Assembly (NCBI GenBank): GCA_023453795.1
Contig: JAEXSP010000015.1
Coordinates: 116,465 to 180,464 of the forward strand
Length of the DNA: 64,000 nucleotides
Origin: Bacillota bacterium
Lineage (GTDB): Bacteria > Bacillota > Clostridia > Acetivibrionales > JAEXSP01
Direction: 5' to 3'
Shown: positions 21,740 through 30,480 of the stretch, piece by piece
Numbering within the stretch: the first letter of the stretch is position 1
How the letters are laid out: the number at the start of each line of letters is the position of its first letter
Program-made: the position numbers and the translations under genes
Notes under the pieces: model-generated
The model's database searches: none
What the model saw: the letters and a program-made list of their open reading frames with translations, nothing else
What the model was told of the DNA's origin: nothing

Positions 21740-22222
21740 ATGAATAAGAAGTTTTTGTTTTTTGTAGTTACTGCACTCATTATGTCGATGCTGTTTATGA
21801 CAGGCTGTGGTAAAAAAGCATCCGTCAAGGGAGATTTGAAAAACCTTGACCAGAAGGTTACAGACATTCTCAGTACATTTCAAACTGACGCTCAAAAGAT
21901 TAATGCAAACCTTAGTAAGGCTGAGCAGTATAAAAAATTCGAAGAACTCAGTAAAAACGCACAGAAGGAAATTAAAGCTATTGATGTTAAAACTGAAGAG
22001 GTTAAAAAGTTGTATAAAGTATTGCTTGCCGGCTTTGATGAATCCACTGAAAGTATAAGCACCATGGCGGAAGCAGCCGAAAAGAACAACGATCAGGCGC
22101 TTTTCAATAAAGCAATGTCACAAAGTAAAGATTCTGCAAAAACACTGAACGATTTCTATAAAAAGTCTAAGGCGCTTGCAAAAAAAGAGGGTGTAACTCT
22201 CAAAATGAAAAAGTTTGAATAA
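21740..22222 (+). CDS. small lipoprotein of unknown function
   Basis: 'MNKKFLFFVVTALIMSMLFMTGCGKK' lipobox, followed by a Lys/Glu-rich helical sequence. Confidence 0.6.
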   Translation: MNKKFLFFVVTALIMSMLFMTGCGKKASVKGDLKNLDQKVTDILSTFQTDAQKINANLSKAEQYKKFEELSKNAQKEIKAIDVKTEEVKKLYKVLLAGFDESTESISTMAEAAEKNNDQALFNKAMSQSKDSAKTLNDFYKKSKALAKKEGVTLKMKKFE

Positions 22223-22452
22223 CATGGCAATAGGTTAATAAAACAATGGTATTTGCTGCCTTATATTACCGCACACATAAGACCTCCATTTTTGTTTTAA
22301 GGTCTGGACAGATTTTATAAAATACGTTATAATGGGACAGAAAAACGACTCTGTATACAGTTGCTTTACAGCTGTCAATGCCCTTGATATGATGGAGGTT
22401 CTGGCAATTGGGATCTTATAACGGAAAAGATCCGGGTGATAAAATCAAATTC

Positions 22453-22893
22453 ATGTCGGAAGCTTTGAAGGAAGCACGGAAGGCTTACGAAAAAGATGAG
22501 GCGCCAATTGGCGCTGTAATTGTCAGTGAGGGTAAAGTGATTTCCCGAGGCCATAATGAAAGGGAAACCAAGCAAGACTCCACATTGCATGCGGAAATAT
22601 CAGCAATTAAAAAAGCCTGCAGGAAGCTTGGTACATGGCGGTTAACCGACTGTGACATGTATGTGACTCTTGAACCGTGTACAATGTGTGCAGGGGCAAT
22701 CGTACAGTCAAGAATCCGCAAGGTTTACATCGGCGCTCCAGACCCGAAGGCCGGTGCGGCAGGTTCCGTAATCAATGTACTTCAGGTTGAAAAGTTCAAC
22801 CATAAGGTTGTCGCAGAGTACGGCATACTCGAAGAGGAATGTTCCTCTATTCTGAAGGAATTCTTCAGAGAGTTAAGATGTAGAAAGAAATAG
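22453..22893 (+). CDS. tadA: tRNA adenosine(34) deaminase
   Basis: CDA zinc motifs 'HAEISAI' and 'PCTMCAGA'. Size fits when started at 'MSEALKEARKA' (ATG 22453). Confidence 0.85.
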   Translation: MSEALKEARKAYEKDEAPIGAVIVSEGKVISRGHNERETKQDSTLHAEISAIKKACRKLGTWRLTDCDMYVTLEPCTMCAGAIVQSRIRKVYIGAPDPKAGAAGSVINVLQVEKFNHKVVAEYGILEEECSSILKEFFRELRCRKK

Positions 22894-22905
22894 TTTTTTA
22901 TATAC

Positions 22906-22994
22906 GGAGAGGTATCGAAGTGGTCATAACGGGGCTGACTCGAAATCAGTTTGTCGGAAACGGCACGCGGGTTCGAATCCCGCCCTCTCCGCCA
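22906..22994 (+). tRNA. tRNA-Ser (anticodon CGA), type II with long variable arm, CCA encoded
   Basis: Acceptor GGAGAGG/CCTCTCC. Anticodon stem GCTGA/TCAGT with loop CTCGAAA. T-arm GCGGG-TTCGAAT-CCCGC. Ends in GCCA. Confidence 0.9.
22937..22994 (+). repeat. left copy of 58-bp direct repeat (3' part of tRNA-Ser), att-like
   Basis: Identical to 25058..25115 apart from one mismatch (t at 22950 versus c at 25071). Confidence 0.85.
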
Positions 22995-23261
22995 TTTTTG
23001 GGACATCAGGACTTGAACTATGAGGTTTGGGTCCTTTTGTTTTGTAAAATTTTGTGTTATTATTTATGCATTATATAAGTGAAAAATACACTATTTAATA
23101 GATATAGGAGAAAATATGAGTGAGGTTGTTAATGAAGCATTGCTTGAAATGTATTTTTTACAAGCATTAATCAAAAACCAGGAGCCGTGCAGCATGATAT
23201 TCTCCATAACCGCATAGGTTGGTCTTGTCTATCCCGTCATGGCCACCTCCTTCAGGGCATG

Positions 23262-23286
23262 AAAAAACCGCCCCGAAGGGCGGCAG
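23262..23286 (-). terminator. rho-independent terminator downstream of 23365..24654
   Basis: The minus strand reads ccgcccttcggggcgg followed by tttttt. Confidence 0.75.
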
Positions 23287-23364
23287 AATTATGAATTTCA
23301 TCTTAATACAAACAAAAAATACAACGACTTTATGATAAACTACTACACTTTTTACGACGACTTT

Positions 23365-24654
23365 CTATCTGATAAAGTACCGGACAGATCTCGCCATGCC
23401 GGATTTTTTGATCTTCCTTTCCTCAAGTAACTCGTTTATTAGCTTGAGCGCAAGTTGTTTGGTAATAGATAAACTTGACTCTATATCCTTACGAGACAGG
23501 TCTCCTTTATCAGTAATAAGCCTCAATATTTCCTGCTTCTGTTCCTCTTCTGAAAGAACGGCTATATGAGCTGTAAGTTTCGGAAGCGTAATAAGGAAGG
23601 AGGCTGGGGCAGGTTGTATTTTAGGTTTGCGCAATGTTTCCGAATAACTTTCGAAGATTTTTTTAATGCCGGTACCATAGCTTTCAATTAACTCCAAACG
23701 GTAAAAAACATCAGCGATAATGGGATTGCGCGGTTGAGACACGCCATTCATAATATCAATCACGGTTATCCCTTTAACAAGTCCCCCTATGGACACAAAC
23801 TCCATGCGATCCTCATACACGTTAATGATGATGCTTCCCGAATAATCATAGTCTCTATGAATGACAGCATTAAGCAAAGCCTCACGGATTGCCTCCGGAG
23901 GATAATCCGGATGATCAATCCTTTTAAGACCGTCAAAAGTGGAGTTTTGATTGTTGCTCAAGTTCACATATTCATAAGCCTCGTCCATTTGCTTAAGGAT
24001 AGAGCCGAAAAATTCTTTGCGGGCTTTAAACTTGGTTTTCCCTGTTCCTTCGTAGACGGCGCATTTGATGCTATGCTCACATTGGTCGGACAGAAGCAGC
24101 GCCGCATTGGTATAATATCCATCGGCGTCTATCAGCTTGAGCGTGCGGCGATTCTGCTGTGTAAAAGGAAGCCCCGCGTCCGCAAAATATTTTTCCGTAT
24201 AAGAAAAGGTCAAATCCTGATTCAGGCAGCGTGATTTATCAAAAGCCATGCCATCACTTTCACGCAGCATCTGACGGATTGCTTCATCCGTTGCAGGCAC
24301 GGATGACACCCCATGCCGGACAAAGACGCCGCTGGGTTTCAGTCCTTTATCCGAAAGATGGTAAGGCCGTTTCACCCCGCGCAGAACGGTAATGCGGATA
24401 ATCTTTGCACCGTCTTCGTCCATCGCTTCGATGGAGGTGTACGCCGTTAAATCGGGCTTAATCCCATCTCGAATCATATTACCGATTTGCGCCATCACTT
24501 CATCCGGATTCGATACGCCAACCGCTTGACCGTTATTATCAATGCCTATATAAATTGTTCCGCCATCGGTATTAGCCAAGGCGACAACTTCTTTTTTGAA
24601 ATCGGCATTTACTTCGCTTTTAAGCTCAACCGTTGCGCTCTCCTCATATTTCAT
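23365..24654 (-). CDS. putative DNA-binding/ATPase-like regulator (AlbA_2/Schlafen-type N-terminal domain + HATPase_c_4-like + C-terminal wHTH)
   Basis: 'ESATVELKSE...VVALANTDGGTIYIGIDNNG' is typical of AlbA_2 'divergent AAA' proteins. The C-terminus is 'EILRLITDKGDLSRKDI'. GGAGG lies upstream of the ATG at 24654. Confidence 0.65.
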   Translation of the reverse strand: MKYEESATVELKSEVNADFKKEVVALANTDGGTIYIGIDNNGQAVGVSNPDEVMAQIGNMIRDGIKPDLTAYTSIEAMDEDGAKIIRITVLRGVKRPYHLSDKGLKPSGVFVRHGVSSVPATDEAIRQMLRESDGMAFDKSRCLNQDLTFSYTEKYFADAGLPFTQQNRRTLKLIDADGYYTNAALLLSDQCEHSIKCAVYEGTGKTKFKARKEFFGSILKQMDEAYEYVNLSNNQNSTFDGLKRIDHPDYPPEAIREALLNAVIHRDYDYSGSIIINVYEDRMEFVSIGGLVKGITVIDIMNGVSQPRNPIIADVFYRLELIESYGTGIKKIFESYSETLRKPKIQPAPASFLITLPKLTAHIAVLSEEEQKQEILRLITDKGDLSRKDIESSLSITKQLALKLINELLEERKIKKSGMARSVRYFIR

Positions 24655-24667
24655 AACAAAAACCTCC

Positions 24668-24836
24668 AAAATCGTTATGTATCGTTACAATCGTAATTAT
24701 ATAACGATTCTATAACGATTACAAGATAAATCGCTAATTTATCAAGGTTTCTGGGCGATTTTCCATCGTCAAAAATCGACGATAGACAAGCAAAATCGTT
24801 TTAATCGTTATGAGAAAACGATATTTATGACGATTC
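24668..24836. repeat. array of at least 10 short ATCGT/ACGAT motifs (iteron- or operator-like)
   Basis: atcgttat, atcgttac, atcgtaat, taacgatt (x2), aatcgtttt, aatcgttat, aaacgata and gacgattc lie within about 170 bp, directly upstream of the 23365..24654 gene. Confidence 0.6.
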
Positions 24837-25057
24837 GCTGACATCAAACCATACGATGTGATATAATGCTTTCATAAGAGACTCAATGCTAACGCCCTGC
24901 TAACAAATATACGCAAAACATTCTTTTGTTAGCATTTTTTTCAAAGCCACCCACTGCAAGGACGACAGCCCTTAAGCCCGCACTGTTGAGCCATTTCCCC
25001 CGCTCCACCAAGCACCCAAACGCACCCCAAAATCCCCCGCGAATCCTCAATATCAAC

Positions 25058-25115
25058 GACTCGAAATCAGCTTGTCGGAAACGGCACGCGGGTTCGAATC
25101 CCGCCCTCTCCGCCA
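25058..25115 (+). repeat. right copy of 58-bp direct repeat (orphan 3' fragment of tRNA-Ser)
   Basis: Covers the anticodon loop to CCA only. There is no 5' half, so it is not a functional tRNA. Confidence 0.85.
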
Positions 25116-25452
25116 ACCGGGAATTATAAGAACACCGTATTTTTCAATGGTGGATTTGCCGTGATAGTGTTTTATAATCCAACAAAAAAAGAGTGGTTAA
25201 GGTTTATACCTTGCCACTCTTTCTGTTTGATTTTTGTTATAAATATAGCGAAGCAACCTAAAAAGGAATAATTCGCTGGTTTTTATAGCGAAGAAAATCT
25301 GCAAAATCAGGAAATTATGGTTTGTTTGAACAAACTACTACGAGTGCTTATAATATACGGATTTATTTACTTCGCCGTTTTAATCTCCTTGTAATATATG
25401 TAACTTATGCTGTAACTATAGTAAATCAAACCCTTGAAACGTGACCTAAGAT

Positions 25453-26070
25453 TTACATTTCCAACTTTAGCCACAAAGCGGGCCGAACGCCGCCTGCGCA
25501 AAAACCATCGCTGATGTTACCTTTCAATATATTGTTGCCTTGAATACCTATATCGCCGTTACCGTGGATGTACGCGGCTTTTACATTCACGCGGCCGGGC
25601 GACCGAAGCCACCACCAAGTATGCCAATCTTTACCTTCAAGTCCTGCTATTCGCTTACTGTTGTTTTCATCTTTTCTTTCAAACCAATATCTTTGATTTT
25701 TTCCCCGGTTGTACAGTATTGAACTGCTATCACCGAAGTAATGGCATACTACTTCCTCAATACTTAACAAGAATATGCTGTCTTGCGTATCTGCTCCGCC
25801 TTTTGAACCATACCACTGATTGTCAGAATTTTTATTTAATACAGAAATTATTCTTGATTTATCAGTTGCGGTGAATTTGTCATAAAATTCACTGTTAAGA
25901 TATTTTCTTAACGAGCAGTCAGCCCATGTTATATCTCTATATGCGTCATGGTAAGCACGCTGTTCTATAATAAATTCGGTTATAATCAAAGCCATATTGT
26001 TTTGTATGTCAAGAATGCGCCAGTTATAGCCGCCAAATGATACTGTCGAGCCGATTTTAAAATCATCCAT
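25453..26070 (-). CDS. hypothetical protein (DUF6273-like; 'WWWLRSPG' / 'VRPALWL' motifs)
   Basis: AAGGAG lies upstream of the ATG at 26070 ('MDDFKIGSTVSFGGYNWRILD'). The motif pattern recurs in a family of uncharacterised Firmicutes proteins. Confidence 0.5.
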   Translation of the reverse strand: MDDFKIGSTVSFGGYNWRILDIQNNMALIITEFIIEQRAYHDAYRDITWADCSLRKYLNSEFYDKFTATDKSRIISVLNKNSDNQWYGSKGGADTQDSIFLLSIEEVVCHYFGDSSSILYNRGKNQRYWFERKDENNSKRIAGLEGKDWHTWWWLRSPGRVNVKAAYIHGNGDIGIQGNNILKGNISDGFCAGGVRPALWLKLEM

Positions 26071-26390
26071 TTTGTTTCTCCTTAATAGGTAACAGCAAAT
26101 AATCTCATTTCTTTTCAATATTTTGATTGTAAAGTGCGACGGTGTCAGAGTCAATAGGTTTATACAAAAACCCGTTATAACTCCAACACAGATAACATTT
26201 TTACCCTAATATGTTCTAATTACATCTTCTTTATTGTCAGTTGATGGCGCATTGAGTCCAATACTCGCATGCATTAGTTTTATTGTCAAATTTCAAGCTT
26301 GCTGGTATCATATAATGAAGGAACCTGCATAAGGGCCTTATCAGGCTGTGTTTCAGAATAAAGAAAAAGAATGAAAGATATGATATAAGT

Positions 26391-29039
26391 ATGAAAAAAC
26401 TTGTCATTGGAATATTGGCTCATGTAGATGCAGGCAAGACGACATTATCCGAGAGCATGCTTTATTTGAGCGGTAAAATTGGAAAATTAGGAAGAGTGGA
26501 CAATAAGGATGCCTACCTTGATACCTATGAGCTTGAAAGGGCAAGAGGAATCACCATTTTCTCCAAACAAGCCATATTGGATATAGGAGAGACTCAGGTC
26601 ACCTTACTGGATACCCCGGGACATGTTGATTTTTCAGCTGAAACTGAGAGAACACTTCAGGTGCTGGACTATGCCATTTTAGTGATAAGCGGTGCGGACG
26701 GCGTGCAGGGCCATACCGTAACATTGTGGCGTCTGCTTGACATGTACCGGATTCCTGTTTTTTTGTTCGTGAATAAGATGGATCAGAGCGGGACGGATAA
26801 GGACAAGTTATTAAAAGAAATTAAAAAGCAGCTGGGTGATGGCTGCATTGAATTCGGGCAGGTTCATACGGACAGCTTTTACGACCAATTGGCCATGTGT
26901 GATGAAACAATGCTGGAAGCTTATCTGGAAACAGGACATGTTGAAGCGGAGCACATTAAAAAGGCTGTCAGGGAGCGCAAAATATTTCCCTGCTTTTTCG
27001 GTTCAGCTTTAAAGCTGGAGGGCATAGAACAGTTTATGCAGGGTATTGCAGGCTATGCCGACGCACCCCGCTATCCCGATGAATTCGGGGCCAAAATCTT
27101 CAAGCTAACTCGGGACGAGCAAGGTAACCGTCTTACCCATATGAAGCTTACAGGCGGAAAATTGAAGGTGAAGGATGTCTTAACAAATGGCAGCTGGGAA
27201 GAGAAAGTTAATCAAATCCGTTTATATTCCGGGCAAAAATTTCAGGCAGTTAATGACATAGAGGCAGGTTCTGTATTTGCAGTAACAGGGCTCAGCCAAA
27301 CCAGGCCCGGGGAAGGCCTTGGAACGGAGAAAGCATCAAACGCACCTGTTTTGGAGCCTGTTCTCTCCTATCAGATCATACTTCCGGAAGGCTGCGATCC
27401 AAGGGCGATGCTTCCCAAACTCCGTCAAATTGAAGAAGAAGAACCGGAGCTTCATATTGCCTGGGATGAGCAGCTGCAGGAAATTCAGGCACAGATCATG
27501 GGGGATGTACAGATTGAAATTCTGCAGAGTATAATACAAAGCCGTTTTGGAACTAAGATAACCTTCGATGCCGGAAGGATTGTATATAAAGAGACAATCG
27601 CCAATATTGCAGAAGGGGTGGGACACTTTGAACCTCTTCGGCATTATGCAGAGGTTCACTTGTTGCTGGAGGCGGGTGAGCCGGGAAGCGGACTTCAGTT
27701 CGGAGTTGAATGCAGTGAGGATTTGTTGGGCAAAAGCTGGCAAAGGCTTATTTTAACGCATCTGGAGGAAAAAGCACATAAGGGTGTTCTGACTGGTTCA
27801 GCGATTACAGATATGAAAATCACTTTGGTCTCCGGCAAAGCTCACAATAAGCATACAGAAGGCGGCGACTTCAGAGAGGCTACTTACCGTGCGGTTCGTC
27901 AGGGCTTAAAGGAAGCGGAATCCATATTGTTGGAGCCTTATTATGCCTTTCAACTGGAATTGCCTGAGAAAATGGTCGGAAGAGCTATGACCGATATCGA
28001 GAAAATGCACGGCACTTGTAAAATATCACAGACCGATGGCGAAACGGCGGTTCTTGAGGGCTGTGCCCCTGTTATCACCATGAGGAATTATCAAAAAGAG
28101 GTAACTGCCTATACCAAAGGTCTCGGCAGACTTTTTTGTACATTAAAAGGGTATGAACCATGTCATAATGCGGAAGAGGTAATAGAAAGCATCGGGTATG
28201 ATTCCGAAAAAGACTTCGGAAATCCGACCGGTTCTGTATTCTGCACACATGGGGCAAGCTTTTTCGTGGGTTGGGATGAGGTAAAGGAGCATATGCATGT
28301 GGAAAGCTTTCTACAGGATAAAAACGGTTTTTCCGAGGAAATAATACCAAACCATGCCTCATACTCGGAGGAAAGGCATATCAGTATAGATGAAATTGAC
28401 CAAATTTTTAACAACACCTTTTATGCAAACCAGGGGAAGAAGACTATCTGGAAGAGAAGCAAAACAGTCCGCGACAGTTATTATGAACCGTCTGCCAACA
28501 TCAGCAGACAGAGGGAAATCTTAGAACAGTATCTCCTTGTGGATGGCTATAATGTGATTCACGCATGGCCTGAGTTAAGGGGGCTTACAGATGATAACAT
28601 GGACGCTGCCAGAATGAAATTGCTTGATTGTCTAAGTAATTATCAGGGTATCAAAAAATGTCAGATCATCGTTGTGTTCGATGCTTACCGTGTTGAAGGT
28701 CATCCGGAGGAAGTAATCGAATACCATAATATCCATGTGGTATATACCAGAGAAGCTCAAACCGCTGACGAGTATATAGAAAAATTCGCTCATGACAATC
28801 AAAAGAAATATCACATCACGGTTGCGACGTCAGACGGTTTACAACAGATTATTATAAGAGGCGCAGGATGCTCCCTGTTATCTGCCAGAGAATTGAAGGC
28901 TGAGGTTGACGGGGCCAATCAGAGATTAAGGCAGGAATATCAGGGAAAAATGGGTATCCACCGAAATCGTCTATCAGATGCATTGTCTCCGGAAGAAAAA
29001 CAGCGGATGGAGGAATCAACCGCAAGAGATGATGGATAA
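26391..29039 (+). CDS. EF-G/TetM-like translational GTPase fused to a C-terminal YacP/Rae1-type NYN ribonuclease domain
   Basis: G1 'AHVDAGKTT', G3 'DTPGH' and G4 'NKMD', with TetM-like domains up to about residue 650. Residues about 713-840, 'LLVDGYNVIHAWPEL...VVFDAY...TADEYIE...VATSDGLQQ', form a YacP-like NYN domain. Confidence 0.8.
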   Translation: MKKLVIGILAHVDAGKTTLSESMLYLSGKIGKLGRVDNKDAYLDTYELERARGITIFSKQAILDIGETQVTLLDTPGHVDFSAETERTLQVLDYAILVISGADGVQGHTVTLWRLLDMYRIPVFLFVNKMDQSGTDKDKLLKEIKKQLGDGCIEFGQVHTDSFYDQLAMCDETMLEAYLETGHVEAEHIKKAVRERKIFPCFFGSALKLEGIEQFMQGIAGYADAPRYPDEFGAKIFKLTRDEQGNRLTHMKLTGGKLKVKDVLTNGSWEEKVNQIRLYSGQKFQAVNDIEAGSVFAVTGLSQTRPGEGLGTEKASNAPVLEPVLSYQIILPEGCDPRAMLPKLRQIEEEEPELHIAWDEQLQEIQAQIMGDVQIEILQSIIQSRFGTKITFDAGRIVYKETIANIAEGVGHFEPLRHYAEVHLLLEAGEPGSGLQFGVECSEDLLGKSWQRLILTHLEEKAHKGVLTGSAITDMKITLVSGKAHNKHTEGGDFREATYRAVRQGLKEAESILLEPYYAFQLELPEKMVGRAMTDIEKMHGTCKISQTDGETAVLEGCAPVITMRNYQKEVTAYTKGLGRLFCTLKGYEPCHNAEEVIESIGYDSEKDFGNPTGSVFCTHGASFFVGWDEVKEHMHVESFLQDKNGFSEEIIPNHASYSEERHISIDEIDQIFNNTFYANQGKKTIWKRSKTVRDSYYEPSANISRQREILEQYLLVDGYNVIHAWPELRGLTDDNMDAARMKLLDCLSNYQGIKKCQIIVVFDAYRVEGHPEEVIEYHNIHVVYTREAQTADEYIEKFAHDNQKKYHITVATSDGLQQIIIRGAGCSLLSARELKAEVDGANQRLRQEYQGKMGIHRNRLSDALSPEEKQRMEESTARDDG

Positions 29040-29198
29040 TCAACTTGACCTTTTATAAAAAATATGGCAGAATATTTCCGGCATCAGGTAAAATCGTTTA
29101 ATTTTCAATTTAGCCACACTATTTATCCGGCAAGGATTTATTGCCTCTTATCCGATAAAATGATATTATAAATACATTAAATTTTTTTGGGAGCAGAC

Positions 29199-29618
29199 AT
29201 GATTAATTGCACGGATGAGCCAAAAGGCTTTAAATTCAAACTGGATGTTGTTGAAAAATGTTGTGTGGCTGTTCTGTCGGCACTTCTTGTTGCATCAATT
29301 ATCGGCAGGCACACCAGTATTCTGCCGAATAGCTTTTTCTATGCCTCAGTAATAGTCGGTTTGTATTATTTCACGTGCTACAGGAAAAAGAACCTCTATG
29401 TGGCAATAGAAAACCAGGTTATTACCATCTGGATGCCAATGTTTTTCACACCCAAAGAGATAACGCTCAAGGATATAACCAGGACTTCGGTATCCGATAA
29501 GAAAATTGAACTTTATTACAGCTTCAATGGTTCAGAAAAAAAATCCACTATATATTCAATAATGCTGAAGGCTGAAGACTGGAAGGAGTTATCCGGGATT
29601 ATCGGTTCATGGAGTTAA
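29199..29618 (+). CDS. hypothetical membrane protein
   Basis: Two hydrophobic helices followed by a soluble tail. The ATG at 29199 follows GGGAG. Confidence 0.45.
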   Translation: MINCTDEPKGFKFKLDVVEKCCVAVLSALLVASIIGRHTSILPNSFFYASVIVGLYYFTCYRKKNLYVAIENQVITIWMPMFFTPKEITLKDITRTSVSDKKIELYYSFNGSEKKSTIYSIMLKAEDWKELSGIIGSWS

Positions 29619-30265
29619 TTGCTTTCTTTAACCATTTGCGGAATGTCCCAGGATGGTTCATCGCTTTTTATGACAAGCCACTTGTCAGCCCCATTCACAG
29701 TTGTCTTTTTTATTGTTATACTCTCTTTAGCCGAATATTTTGTTTTAGTTGAATCAGTTAAAATATAATCTATTTCATAATTATAAGCGCTATCGGAACT
29801 CTTGGCTTCCTTTATTTTATAGCTTTCCACCCATGGGCTGGATACCCCCAGAACCCAGTTGAGTTCTTTATATTTCTGATATTGCTTCTGCCTCAATTCC
29901 GGAGATAGGATAGCATACCTCAGCGCACCGTTTCTGGTCTTAGCCGATTCAGCATAAAGTGTTGCCGCACTTAATTTATTGTTAGGAGCTATTGCCCTTT
30001 CTAGTTGCTCCGCACGTATTTTCTGTGCATCTACAATTTCAAACGAATTGGTTTTCCCGTCCCATTCAGTATTAGCCCCCAGCACTTCAGCTATCTGCTT
30101 TACAGAGCCTATAACAGTACCATTATTTAGTTGTAAAGGAACTTCCGCCTTTGTCTCCTTATAATTAATTAACAATTTAATCCGGCTTCCGGCAAAAACT
30201 GTTCCCGCATATAATGCAGGTATTAGTACTGCGATACCGACTAATGTCAGCCATCTTTTCTTCAT
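29615..30265 (-). CDS. secreted protein with copper amine oxidase N-terminal-like (stalk) domain
   Basis: Signal peptide 'MKKRWLTLVGIAVLIPALYAGTVFA'. Also carries 'VKQIAEVLGANTEWDGKTNSFEI'. Confidence 0.6.
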   Translation of the reverse strand: MKKRWLTLVGIAVLIPALYAGTVFAGSRIKLLINYKETKAEVPLQLNNGTVIGSVKQIAEVLGANTEWDGKTNSFEIVDAQKIRAEQLERAIAPNNKLSAATLYAESAKTRNGALRYAILSPELRQKQYQKYKELNWVLGVSSPWVESYKIKEAKSSDSAYNYEIDYILTDSTKTKYSAKESITIKKTTVNGADKWLVIKSDEPSWDIPQMVKESN

Positions 30266-30480
30266 TAAATCACCCCTGATTATTTTGTTTCATCTGTAGA
30301 TTAATATTCTTTTAGCTTAACACTTTAAGAAAACAAAATAGTTACGAAAAAGAAAAGAATAATTACAAAAGTGTTAATTTCTATTAACCAATAGAAAAAT
30401 AATTCTGCATGAGCAGGAGACTGTAAAATTATGTCGAAATCATTAACTATATATATAATGCTGGTACAAAGGAGGTCATT

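Larger units (their letters stand above)
22995..25115. mobile_element. degenerate tRNA-Ser-integrated islet of about 2.1 kb with no integrase
   Basis: Bounded by the tRNA-Ser 3' end and a 58-bp duplicate of it. Contains one long ORF, a 33-codon ORF (23116..23217) and an ATCGT-motif array. Confidence 0.5.

Noticed and set aside
22782-23006. 74-aa minus-strand ORF.
   Set aside because: It is antisense to the end of tadA and to tRNA-Ser, which makes it an artefact.
24889-25129. ORFs of 75 and 67 aa overlapping the right-hand tRNA-Ser fragment.
   Set aside because: They run through the duplicated tRNA sequence, have no SD, and their translations are low-complexity Pro/Ala/Arg-rich. The 58-bp fragment is not a functional tRNA because it has no 5' half.
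22995-26390. I searched for an integrase, recombinase or transposase that would explain the tRNA-Ser duplication. I made the same search around tRNA-Arg (50831..54290).
   Set aside because: No ORF in either region carries tyrosine- or serine-recombinase or DDE motifs. No duplicate of the tRNA-Arg 3' end was seen, so the mobile-element calls are kept at low confidence.
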